Below are positions 12,981 to 24,749 of a stretch of 64,000 nt of DNA, in pieces. How positions within the stretch are numbered: the first letter of the stretch is position 1; each line of letters opens with the position of its first letter. The position numbers and the translations under genes were made by a program. Source of the DNA: Eledone cirrhosa (Eukaryota); the NCBI GenBank assembly GCA_964016885.1, contig OZ024741.1:118296001-118360000 (forward strand). Reading direction: 5' to 3'. The notes under the pieces are model-generated. The model searched no databases, had not been told where the DNA came from, and saw only the letters and a program-made list of their open reading frames with translations.

Positions 12981-15900
12981 GCCAAATTCATCGCTGCTTT
13001 CTTCACGGTATATCATGTAACGTAATGTACACATTTTTCTACCATTTCCGCACTCCATCCGTATCCAGTCCAACCTTCCAATCTTGCCAAATCCTAATGT
13101 AGTTTGTCGTATTTCGAAAAAACAAATCTGTATTTTTTGTTATTGCCTGTTCAATACGAGGGTTTTTGTCGTATTAAACAAATCTTGTATTTTTGTTATC
13201 GCTTGTTAAATACGAGGACCTCATTCAATCCTTACCTCCCTCGCTATCCACCCAACCTTAATTCCTTAATTCTATCGTATTTTCAAAACAAAACAAAACC
13301 CTTGTTCTTCTTCTTATAAATTCTTTTAAATATATTTGTTACTTCGAAAACTCTAAACTCTCGCTCCTACTATCTTCGCCCCCTCCCTCTACTTCATGAG
13401 GGCTCGCGGTCAGCCACCCCAATATCTACATCATGCGGCCAAACCTACCCCCCACCCCCCATCTCTCTCGCTCTCTCTCCCTCTCTATCTATATATATAT
13501 AAGATAAACCCTTCAAGTAAATCACATTCGCCAAATTCATCGCTGCTTTCTTCACGGTATATCATGTAACGTAATGTACACATTTTTCTACCATTTCCGC
13601 ACTCCATCCGTATCCAGTCCAACCTTCCAATCTTGCCAAATCCTAATGTTGCTTGTCGTATTTCGAAAAAACAAATCTGTATTTTTTTGTTATTGCCTGT
13701 TCAATACGAGGGTTTTTGTCGTATTAAACAAAAACAAATCTTGTATTTTTGTTATCGCTTGTTAAATACGAGGACCTCATTCAATCCTTACCTTCCTCGC
13801 TATCTACCCAACAGCCCTCACTCCCGCCCCCACGCACCACCATTATTATTACGTGGACCAATCATAAGCCAGAGGCCTATACTATCGCTTGCCTGGTTGC
13901 CTTTCGATATATGATGGATGGATGGACTACGGAATTCTGGAGAGTGGAAGAGAGAAAAATCTGGACGCTCAGCGACAATGCCAAAGATAAAGACAAATTC
14001 ACCTCGTGGACGAGAATGCGAGCACTCCTCTTTGTTTCGGCCGCGGATGGCTAACATAACCCCATCTCCCCCCGCTCCTACCCTCCAAACGCAATCCAAA
14101 TCTTCAGAGTTGGTACCATGAATGTAGGCACCCTAAAGGGTCGCGCTAACGAGGTTGTAGAAATGCTCGAACGTAAGGAGGTCCATGTTTGTTGTATTCA
14201 AGAGACCAGGTGGAGGGGTGGGTCTGCTAGATTCATTGAGGGTAAAAAACGATGCTATAAGCTTTTCTGGGTGGGAAATGACGATGGGCTGGGTGGAGTA
14301 GGAATCATGGTAGCAGAAAAGTGGGCAGATAAGATAATAGACGTAAATAGAGTGAACGACAGAATAATTAAAATAAGACTTGTCCTCAATAGAACTACGG
14401 TGACAGTAATATCTGCGTACGCACCCCAATCCGGACTGCCTGGCACTATAAAAGACAGATTCTATGAGACACTGATGCTCACTACCTCCCAAATAACCGA
14501 CAGTGACTATATAATTATTGCAGGCGACCTAAATGGTCACGTTGGACAACATTGTGACGGCTACGACGAAATCCATGGAGGCTATGGGTTTGGTACTAGA
14601 AATGAGGAAGGCTCCAGAATCCTGCAATTCTGTGACGCAAATAACCTAACTATCTGTAACACTAACTTCAAAAAACGTGACAATCACCTGATCACCTATA
14701 GATACGGGGAACACACAAGCCAGGTAGATTATATCCTTACCAGAAGACGCGACAGAGTGTCTGTTGTAAACACTAAATCCTTCCCCCATGAAGAATGCAC
14801 CTCCCAACATAGACTGATAATTAGCGACCTCATAGTCAGGACGAGACGTACTCGACAGCAGAAGAGGACTATCCTCAGGAGAAAAATATGGAAGCTAAAG
14901 GACCCCACAGCCAGAAATAAATTCCAAAGCATATTACTTAATGCTTTCGACAGTAAGGAAGAGCATTTAGAGTCGGACAATATAGAGGGACAGTGGGAAT
15001 TCCTGAAGGCAAACCTGCTGATGGCGGCAGACGAAGTCTGTGGCTGGAGCAGGCCTGTAGGCAGGAGGAGAGTAACATGGTGGTGGAACAGTAAGGTGGA
15101 GGGGTCAATTAAGGCCAAAAAGCAGGCTTGGAAAGTATGGCGGGATGGGGGAAGTAGAGAAGACTATCAAGTGGCCAGGAGGGAAGCTAGGAGACAAGTG
15201 TACTTCGCAAGAAGGGAAGCAGAGGAAAGAAAGTTCAAGCATGTTCTACAACGCGAGGACCAAAAACGTGAGGTGTTCAGGATTGCTAGGCAATGTGTCA
15301 AGGAAAACCGTGATATTGTCGGGGAGAAGTGTGTACTTAATGATGACGGCGTACTTGCCATCACCGACGCTGATAAGAAGGTAGCTTGGAAGTGTCACTA
15401 TGAAAGGCTACTAAATGAGAATAAATGGGAGAAAGACAGTCTCCCCCACATCGACCCAATAGAGGGACCAGCAGTGTTAGTCGAGGGTAGTATAATAAGT
15501 AAGGCAATCAAGGATATGAAGACGGGTAATGCGGCTGGGCCTTCGGAAATAGTTGCCGAGATGCTGAAGGCATCTGGCACGGTGGGACACACCATGGTCA
15601 CCCGGATAGTTAACCATGTCGTACAGAATGGGGTTGTTCCGAAGGACTGGCATAGCAGCATCATCGTTAACTGTTATAAGGGAAAAGGAGATGCCCTAGA
15701 TAGGAGTAACTATAGAGGCATTAAATTAATCGACCAGGTCATGAAGGTCACGGAAAAAGTAATAGCGCAACTAATCAGAGAGAGAATTGACCTAGATGAA
15801 ATGCAGTTCGGGTTTGTGTCAGGCAAAAGTACCACAGACGCTCTTTTCATTGTACGACAACTACAGGAGAAGTACCTAGCTAAAAGTAAACCCCTCTATT

Positions 15901-17519
15901 TAGCTTTTGTCGACTTGGAGAAAGCCTTCGACAGAGTCCCCCGTTCCATTATCTGGTGGGCCCTTAGAAAACTAGGTGTCGACGAATGGCTTGTGAGAGC
16001 TATACAAGCCATGTATAAAGAAATAGTCAGCAAGGTTAGAATTAACAACGAATATAGTGAAGAGTTTAGCGTAAAAGTTGGCGTCCATCAGGGCTCTGTT
16101 CTCAGCCCCCTACTATTTATTATTGCCCTTCAGGCTATAACAGAGGAGTTCAAGACCGGCTGCCCATGGGAACTCCTATACGCAGACGACCTAACACTCA
16201 TAGCTGAATCAATGGCTGAGCTAGAGAAGAAATTCCAAACATGGAAGCACGGCCTAGAATCAAAAGGCCTTAAAATTAATCTGGCTAAGACCAAAGTTCT
16301 AGTTTGTAGGAAAGAAAATAAGGCGGCGGTCCCTTCCAGGAAGTGGCCATGCTCAGTGTGTAGGAAAGGCGTAGGTAGAAACTCCATTTTGTGTCCCAAA
16401 TGCAAAGTATGGGTGCATAAAAGATGTAGTGGGATCACAGGTAAGCTAACTAAGAACATAGATTTCACATATGGCCGGTGCTCTGGTGCAATAAGTAGCA
16501 GCAAGTGCCCACAAAATACTAGCTCTTTCAACTGCGCAGAGGGCTCTATAGAAATAGTGGACAGCTTCCGTTACCTGGGTGACAAAATCAGCAGTGGGGG
16601 AGGTGCTCTGAAAGTACAGTAGCTAGAGTCAGAACTGGATGGAAAAAGTTCAGAGAGCTTATACCACTATTAGCCGCTAAAGGGTTCTCCCTAAAAATGA
16701 AAGGCAGGTTGTATGATGCCTGCATACGAACAGCAATGTTGCATAGCAGTGAGACCTGGGCATTGTGTGCAGAGGATATACGCAGACTAGAGAGGAACGA
16801 AGCTTGCATGCTCCGCTGGATGTGTAATAGTAATATACGTGAACGGCAAAGCATAAACGAACTAAGGAAAAAATTAGAAATAAGAGGGATCAGATGTTGT
16901 TTACTCGAGAGAAGGCTACGTTGGTATGGACACGTGATGCGCATGAAAGTCGATAGCTGTATAACAAAGTGCAGGGCAATAAAGATAGACGGTAGCCACG
17001 GAATAGGCAGACCTAGAAAAACCTGGGACGAGCTGATAAACTCCGACCTCACACACTTACACCTCTCCAAGACAATGTCACTGGACCGAGACCTTTGGCG
17101 GTACTCAGTAATAGAGAAGACCCGCCTTACCTAAATACATAGTGAAACCTACTACAGTCAGTAGGCATCTCTAACAAAATACAACCCCTTCCCACCACCC
17201 CCACCCCATCCACACCGCCCCCTTCTATGTAAAGTTATGTTGGTGCCACACCATCCAGGCCGAAACAAATGAGATCGTGTAGGTGTCACGACAAAAAAAC
17301 ACACAGTCCATGCTGTAATGTGGCCGTGTAGGCAACACGGTAAAAACCTCCCAGACCCACACTGTAAATGTGGTTGGTGTTAGGAAGGGCATCCAACTGT
17401 AGAAAACCTGCCAGACAGTCCTATGCGAGCAAGACAATCACTCTTGCCTCAAGTGGGAAAACCCCCCCGTCCAAACCCATGCAAGCGTGGAACACGGACG
17501 TTAAACGTTGATGATGATA
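12981..17519 (+). mobile_element. Near full-length RTE LINE subfamily A, copy A3, with duplicated 5' module (exact 5' boundary uncertain)
   Basis: 5' region, short upstream ORF(s), APE-RT ORF2, 3' UTR, (GAT)n tail. Confidence 0.93.
14118..17134 (+). pseudogene. RTE ORF2: APE endonuclease + reverse transcriptase with embedded PHD finger; 1-nt frameshift near 16600
   Basis: APE motifs NVGTL, CIQETRW, SAYAPQ, GDLNGH, SQVDYIL, SQHRL; RT motifs NYRGIKL, QFGF, FVDLEKAFD, GVHQGSVLSP, YADD, FRYLG. Confidence 0.95.
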
Positions 17520-17530
17520 TATATTGAACT

Positions 17531-18658
17531 ATCATCATCATCATCATCATTTTACGTCCGTTCTTCCATGCTAGCATGGGTTAGACGGGTTGTCCTGTTG
17601 TGGGCAGTATCTGCCATGCCTTGCTCATACAGGAACTGATTTTGGCTTGATTTCTACAGCTGGATGCCCTTCCTAACACCAACCTCATTTACAGTGAGTG
17701 CTGGGTGTTTTATTCCGTGGCGCCTACACATCCACTTTACAGCGTGGGCTGGGTGCTTTTTGCCGTGGCACCTCCACAATCACTTTGCAGTGGGAGGGTG
17801 TGGGGGCATATTGTCTATATGCTTCAGCTTGTACCCATGGGACGCCAGAGGTCACGGTCGTGTGTCAACGCCTTTGAGAGGTGTAATTGGGTAAGGTCGG
17901 CTTTTATCACCTCATCCCAGGTCTTCTTGGGTCTCCCCACTCTGCGGTTTCCAATGACTTCTAGTGCTCTGCACCTTTTTATGCAGCTGTCATCCTTCAT
18001 TCGCATCACATGTCCATACCAACGCAACTGCCTCTCCTGCACACAGCATTTGATTCCTCTTATGCTCAGTCTCTCTCTCAATTCATTTATGCTTTGCCGT
18101 TCGCATATATTACTATTACACATCCATCGGAGCATGCAGGCTTCGTTTCTTTCTAATCTATGCAAGTCTTCCACTTCAGCGCCCAGGTCTCACTACCATG
18201 TAACATTGCTGTTCGTATACATGCATCATACAGTCTGCCTTTCATTTTGAGGGAAAAGCCTTTTGCAGCTAGCAGTGGAAGTAGTTCCCTGAACTTCTTC
18301 CATCCCGTTCTTACCCTAGTTATTGTACTTTCTGAACACCCACCTCCGCTGCTAATTTGGTCACCTAGGTAGCAGAAGCTGTCTACTGTCTCTACAGAGC
18401 CCTCTCAGAGATTGGTGGTACTTGTTTCCTGTGGCTGTTTGCTGCTTGCTGTCCCAGCACAGCTGCTGCATGTGAAGCCTACATTCTTAATTAAGCTTCC
18501 TGAGATCCCGCTACATCTCTTGTGTACCCATTGTTTGCATTTGGGGCAGAGAATGGAGTTCCTACCTACACCTTTCCTTCATACTGAGCAAGGCTATTTC
18601 CCTGAGGGGATCTGGGTTCTGTTTTCTAGTCTACTTACAAGGACCTTAGTCTTTGTCA
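17531..18658 (-). mobile_element. RTE LINE subfamily B, 5'-truncated copy B1, tail-to-tail with A3
   Basis: (CAT)n on the + strand, B-type 3' UTR, RT C-terminus RERLSIRGIKCCVQER. Confidence 0.92.
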
Positions 18659-18664
18659 AAACAT

Positions 18665-19013
18665 ATGTCGGGTGCTGAAAGGTTCCTGGCTTTGAGTAAA
18701 GGAAATATAAGCGGATCAGCTTTCGCACACACGCACTGCGGTCCAGCGTTCACATATGCGTACTGCGGTCCAGCCTTCGCGCATGCGCACTTCAGTCCAG
18801 CCTTCGGTAAAAAGGTGCCAGGACACAGAACAAAGGCTCTCAGTCCACACTGTAAATGTGGTTGGTGTTAGGAAGGGCATCCAGCTGTAGAAAACCTGCC
18901 AGATACAGTCCTATACGAGTGAGACTCGGTCTCCCGATCAATCTTGCCTCAAGTGGGACAATTCCCGTCTAAGCCATGCTAGCGTGTGAAGATAGGCGTT
19001 AAACGATGATGAT
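18665..19013 (+). mobile_element. Composite relic: mariner-like TIR fragment, 3 x 27-bp repeats and an RTE-type 3' tail
   Basis: GGGTGCTGAAAGGTTCCTGGCTTTG start; CAGC(C/T)TTCGC..GCACTGCGGTC units; GGTTGGTGTTAGGAAGGGCATCCAGC...(GAT)n end. Confidence 0.5.
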
Positions 19014-19016
19014 AAT

Positions 19017-19151
19017 ATAGGAAAAGAGTCAAGACCCCGACGGCTGAGCTCTGGCCATTTCGACAGCTAAATCCGAACGGATCTACCTAGTTCGGATCTA
19101 GCTGTTGAAATGCCCGGAGTTCAGCCGTCGGGGACCAGACTCTTTTCCTAT
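19017..19151. mobile_element. GC-rich foldback element / MITE (~135-bp hairpin)
   Basis: ATAGGAAAAGAGTC..CCCCGACGGCTGA..ATCCGAAC pairs with GTTCGGAT..TCAGCCGTCGGGG..GACTCTTTTCCTAT. Confidence 0.8.
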
Positions 19152-19479
19152 TACCCACTCTACAACCCTAAATATCAAGTACTCTGGTGCGTTATGGTCC
19201 ACTGGTATCTTACCACACCTTTATATGTATATATGTATATATATATACACACACATACCGTATATGCTGGCGTACAAGTCGATTCGGTGCATAACAGTAA
19301 CAGAACACACAGATGAATGTGAGAACAAATAGATGTGTAAATGGTGACAGATTAGTGTATTGAATGTTAGTATATTGAATGCGATTTTAATTTCATTGTT
19401 TCCATGATCGCCTCTCTTGATCGGTTCCTTTCCTTTTTAATGCATAGCAATATAATTTTCTGTATGTTTCTTTTTGTAG

Positions 19480-19542
19480 TTGACTGCTGATCCTGACCAA
19501 CATGTAAAGAATGGTACAGAACTACTGGATCGTTTAATAAAG
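19480..19542 (+). CDS. VAC14: VAC14 exon: LTADPDQHVKNGTELLDRLIK
   Basis: TTTTTGTAG acceptor; AAG|GTAACA donor; 63 nt. Confidence 0.93.
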
Positions 19543-19779
19543 GTAACAGTATAAAACCCTCAAATGTCTGTTTCAAATCATATTGCCTTATTTGTTTATG
19601 TCCATTATCACTTGACTTGAGTTTTCAGTGATTAGATTGTGGCTATGCTGGGGCACCACTTTCAAAGTTTTTTTAGTTGATCATATTGAGTTTTGTACTT
19701 ATTTTATTAATATCTGTTTATTGAATGGCTAAGTTAACATGTGATATAATATAATATAATATATATATACACACACACA

Positions 19780-20690
19780 TGAAGCTTGCATGCTCCGATC
19801 GATGTGTAATAGTAATATACGTGAATGGCAAAGCCTAAATGAACTGAGAGAGAAACTAGGCATAAGAGGAATCAGATGCAGTGTGCAGGAGAGGAGATTG
19901 GGTTGGTATGGACATGTGATGTATATGAAGGATGACAGCTGTATAAAAAGTTGCAGAGCACTCAAAGTCGATGGAAGTCTTGGAGTGGGGAAACCCAGGA
20001 AGACTTGGGATGAGGTGATAAAAGCTGACCTTGCCCAATTGCACCTCTCAAAGAAAATGTCACAGGACTGAGATCTCTGGCTTTATGCAGTAATACAGAA
20101 TGGGTTAGATCACACTGTAAGCTTGTGGCCAGGTCTTCACAAGCCATGTAAAGCACCAGCTTTCACAGTCCTTTGTCATCTCTGTTGTGAGATTTAGTTT
20201 TTTAAGGTTGTTCTTCATTACCTTGTCCTGAGTCTGTCTGTTCCACAGGTCCCAGCCACTGGGATTTCTCTACATTTCTTTATGCAACTGCTATTTTCCA
20301 TATACATCACATGTCCTTTATACATGGCTTGCATGGCTTGCATGGCTCTCACAAGTTATTCATCTACATCTAGCTTCATAAGTGCCCACCAGATTATAGA
20401 GCATGGGACCCTGTCAAAGCCTTCTCTCTATCTAAAAATTACAAATAGAGTGGTTTACTGTTAGTTAAGTACCTCTTTCACCAAGACGAGGGCATCAGTA
20501 GTATAACTCCAAACTGCATCTCAACTAACTTGATTCTGTCCCTAATTAGTTTCATGACCTGGTCCATCAACTTGATTCCTCTGTAGTAACTTCTCTCTAG
20601 TGCATCTCCTTTGCTCTTGTAGCAATTTACAATCATACTACTGCAACAGTCATTGGGTATGACATTATTCTCTACTACTTGATTATAACT
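19780..20690. mobile_element. Old RTE LINE fragments (+ at 19780-20100; - at about 20280-20690)
   Basis: ORF 19790-20071 resembles the RT C-terminus; the minus strand has degenerate NYRGIKLMDQVM and KAFDRVP segments. Confidence 0.75.
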
Positions 20691-21039
20691 TCAACAAAAC
20701 GAAAGCGTTCTCTCTACTCTACATTGTTACCATTCAGTCTCCAACCACTTTACAGAGTGTACGAGGTGCATTTTATCATGGCATCAGCACTAGAGAGTTT
20801 GTAATGTCCTTGATAAATCTAAGGTATTCTTCAACAAGACTAAAGAGTTTTCTCTGTTCTAAGTTTTCAATATTCATTCATTAACTACTTTCCAGAGTAC
20901 TTGAGTATCTCAAGGCACCAGCACCAGAGAGGTTATCATGTCTCTGACAAGACTAAAGAGCTTTTTCTACCTTATGTTGTCAGCATTTAATAACCAACCA
21001 CTTTACAAGAGTGTACTGCAAATAAGCAATCACATAATA

Positions 21040-21483
21040 TATGGCCTGTTCTTAGAGTATTTTCTGTAGTCAAAAGATAGCAAAACCATCACATGATTTT
21101 AGTCTCCATTTAATTAGCATGCCATCACAACTTGATGTCACATTCAGTTAATATTTTAGTCTCCATGGCTTCAACTTATAAGTATTCATTTATAGATACC
21201 ATGGATATTGACCTGGTAAAAGATATACTGAAAAGATACATTAATGCACACTCATTCAACCTATTCAAAGAACTAAGATAATGGCAGTGGTGTGAGTAGC
21301 TGATAAGAGAGATGTTTCAAACACTGTTGACTAAGCAATAATAATAGCTCAGTGTCATGAAGACTAAAATATTAACTGAATGTGACATCAGGTTGTGATG
21401 GCGTGCTAATTAGATGGAGACTAAAATCATGTGATGGTTTTGCTATCTTTTGACTACAGAAAATACTCTAAGAACAAGCCATA
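21040..21483. mobile_element. MITE with ~130-bp TIRs
   Basis: 21040-21169 is the reverse complement of 21354-21483 (TATGGCCTGTTCTTAGAGTATTTTCTGTAGTCAAAAG...); partial third TIR copy at about 21586-21617. Confidence 0.88.
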
Positions 21484-22012
21484 ATGGTAAAAATGGGCAT
21501 TAGCTTGCATGTGGGTCAAATCCACACCTCTTGTCCCTTCACGCATGCTAATGTTCATTATTTTCTGTTCTGGGAGCTTATCTGCCCTGTTATTAGACTA
21601 TCTTCTGTAGTCAAAAGTACAGTGAAAGCTTCTATGTAATTCGATTTTCCTACCTCTTTTACTTTATATAATGATGAATCCTCTATTACTCATTAAATTA
21701 ACTTGTAGGTGGTTGAGTATTTCACAGACATATATACCCTTAACATAATTCTCAAGTAGAATGCTGAGAGGTACAATCCATCCAATGGATTTCGACTCAA
21801 TTTCTATCTACCCAATTTTACTCACTAAAATTTGGTTCAACCTTTAGCTCTGGTAAAAATACTTACCTAAGATGCCATAGAGTGAGATCAAATCTGGAAT
21901 CTCATGATTGTAAAATAAATTTAACCACTCTGTTATATTTGTATCCACATTAATATATTTTAGCTTGTGATATCTTTTAAACCAACTGATTTAAAAAATA
22001 TTCTGTTTGTAG

Positions 22013-22120
22013 GATATTGTCACAGAAAGTACTACTTTTGATCTAGTTGCTTTTATCCCATTATTGAGAGAACGTATCTATACAACAAACACGTTCGCCC
22101 GACAATTTGTTGTCTCATGG
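22013..22120 (+). CDS. VAC14: VAC14 exon: [36 protein letters not shown]
   Basis: TTTGTAG acceptor; TGG|GTAAGT donor; 108 nt. Confidence 0.95.
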
Positions 22121-22940
22121 GTAAGTAAGATTAACTCTTTTGTAACCATATTTCTAATGAAAGACATTGCCTATGATTTTCAAATCATTCAAAAAATAAT
22201 CAAGAAATTTTGATAGATTTAATAATATAACTAACTTTCTTATGAAACATAAATTAACTAAGGTTCTTACTGTTGAGGTCAACTTTGCCTTTCATCTATT
22301 TGGGGGTTGATAAAATTAAGTACCAGTCTATGGCAGTAGATTGGGGGAACATTGAACAAGGTGCAGTGTGATATCTCTTCTGGTACTTTGAGTTCTGAGT
22401 TCAAATAGGAATTAAAATAACACCCATGACCAGGGCTGACCACTTGACCATGGGATTACAACTGATTATGAAAATTGCAATGAGTGGAGAAGGATTGTAG
22501 CTGGGTGTTACTGTAGATGAACCATGAGGATGATAGAGAGCTAATAGCCACACCCTTCTACTTGATGCTCTGCTTTATCAGAAAAAAAGCCCCCAAGTCA
22601 GTTGGAATTTGTAAACTGTAGATATCTTTTCATCACACAAAAATGAATTTATTTAACACATTTGTTGCCATGTTTCTAAAATAAAACACTGCTTGGAGGG
22701 ATTTAAGTGACTTTCTCATTATTAACCTTGTCTTTAGAGCATATTTTAACAAAGATTTGTAGATAAAATTCTGATAAAAAGTTTTTAGATAAATATAAAC
22801 ACTGTAAATAAAAAAAAAGTTTTGTATCATAGAACCAGAGGTGGCTTCAAATGGTTTGGTATCAGAAAGGTTAATGATGATATTAAGGAATTTGATTTTT
22901 TTTTTTTTTATTAATCACCTCTATTTTTTTTCTTGCATAG

Positions 22941-23050
22941 ATTTCTGTTTTGGATGCCGTCCCAAATATTAACATGCTGTTTCTCCTGCCTGATATCCTT
23001 GATGGACTCTTTAGGATCTTGGGAGACACAAATCCAGAAATTAGTAAAGG
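22941..23050 (+). CDS. VAC14: VAC14 exon: [36 protein letters not shown](G)
   Basis: TTGCATAG acceptor; AGG|GTAAGT donor; 110 nt, ends in phase 2. Confidence 0.94.
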
Positions 23051-24009
23051 GTAAGTTATAATATTCGCAACATAAGTGTTTTAAGGCCATTTTCACTGAT
23101 AAAGAAAGGGTCAACCTTGTGGGTCCCATCATCATCATCATCATCATCATCATTAATAAACACTTGTTTTTCCCTGTTAACAAGGGGTCATCATGGACCA
23201 ATCATTTTTACATGGACTTTTCTATGCTGGCATGGATTGTATGGGATTAATCAGAACCACTAGTCTCTTGGTTAGGCCAGGGGCTGATCTCACTTCCATA
23301 CATTCCTAAACTTTAGAGGAGGCATTTAATCATGGTTCCATCATTAGGGAGATTGTCATGTCTTTGACACAACTGAAAAGTCCTCTAGATTTCATAATCA
23401 TCATAGTCCTTTTTGAGGCAATGTTTTACAGCCTGATCCTCTTCCGGGCACCAATTCTTGTAGACACTTTTACAACATGCAAGGATATGATGTACTTATT
23501 CTGAACAGATATAAAGGGTAAGTTATATAGTTGTATCATATTTTCTATTAATTATAATTTATGGCCTTTTCTCTTTTATTTTGAGAGCAGGTGCCCTCAT
23601 TAGTGGTTATCTCTTTTAAAAAATGTTATCTCTTATGTCTGAGAATTTTTGAGCAGATTATCATTTTTGATATATTTGTATTTTGTAAATTATTTAACGA
23701 AGAAAGAGAACAAAAATATTTATCCCTTTTGATACTAAACTGTCTGAAACCATCTCTTATTCTACAAAACACTTGACTGTAAAATTCCCTTATAGACGGA
23801 ACAAAAGTTAGCTAGCAGCTCTGTACCTCTCAAATTCAAGCTGAACACTCTGTCATTGAACCAAATGAACCCTGACGACAATTATTGTTTTGATATAAGC
23901 TAAATAATCAGCTTTTAAATGCAACGACATTTGTAAATAAACCATCGGAGTGTTGAGTGAATTGAAATTTTTAGAAAACAGAAAATCTCAAACACAGTAA
24001 ATAACTGTG

Positions 24010-24262
24010 AACATTTGACCATCTTCCCGTTCCACTGTGGTAAACCCCTCATCTGGGATGCCACTTGCAGTGACACATTCTCCAGCGGCAACCTGGTGCA
24101 GTCTGTGACTAACCCAGGTTCTGCTGCACTTCGGGCTGAGGAGGGAAAACTCTCCAAGTATCGGTCACTCTTCGAAGGTTTGCAGTTGAGCCCCTAGCAG
24201 TGGAGACTTCTGATGTCCTTGGCCCTAGGGCTACCTCCCTACTTACCACCATAGGTGCTGAG
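24010..24262 (+). mobile_element. Fragment of a restriction-like endonuclease (RLE) non-LTR retrotransposon, CRE-like
   Basis: GKPLIWDATCSDT...AALRAEEGKLSKYRSL, then after a frameshift PLAVETSDVLG; matches the recalled D...E-x2-K-x2-KY...P-x-A-x-ET RLE pattern. Confidence 0.65.
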
Positions 24263-24714
24263 CTGGGGCTGTGGGGTGGCCAGCACGTGGGACTCCATTT
24301 TCTCATAATAGTGAGAGATGGAGGTGATGACAGTGGGAGTTCAGTCTGAACACAGAGGAGCCGAACTCCCACTGTGTTCAGACCTGGTGTCCAATAAATT
24401 GTAAGAAGCTTTACAAAACGCGTAGTTAAAAAGTGCTGTTTTTTTTTGTTTTGTTTACTTGGTGTGACTAAATACAGGATTATTTGTTTCTGAACCAGAG
24501 CCAAGCTCCATCAGATGATGATGATGGCGATGATGATTTGTTTCTATATATTTTTATATTCCCCACCACTCCATCATGTCTTTGTATTTATTTATTTTTT
24601 ATGTTTATATTATCCTGTTATAGATACTCCTGTGTTGCTTCATCTAGTCCATACTACAAATTAATTACATGTAACTGTTTTGACTTTCCTTTTATCTACA
24701 TGGATTACTGCAAC

Positions 24715-24746
<32 letters not shown>

Positions 24747-24749
24747 GAT

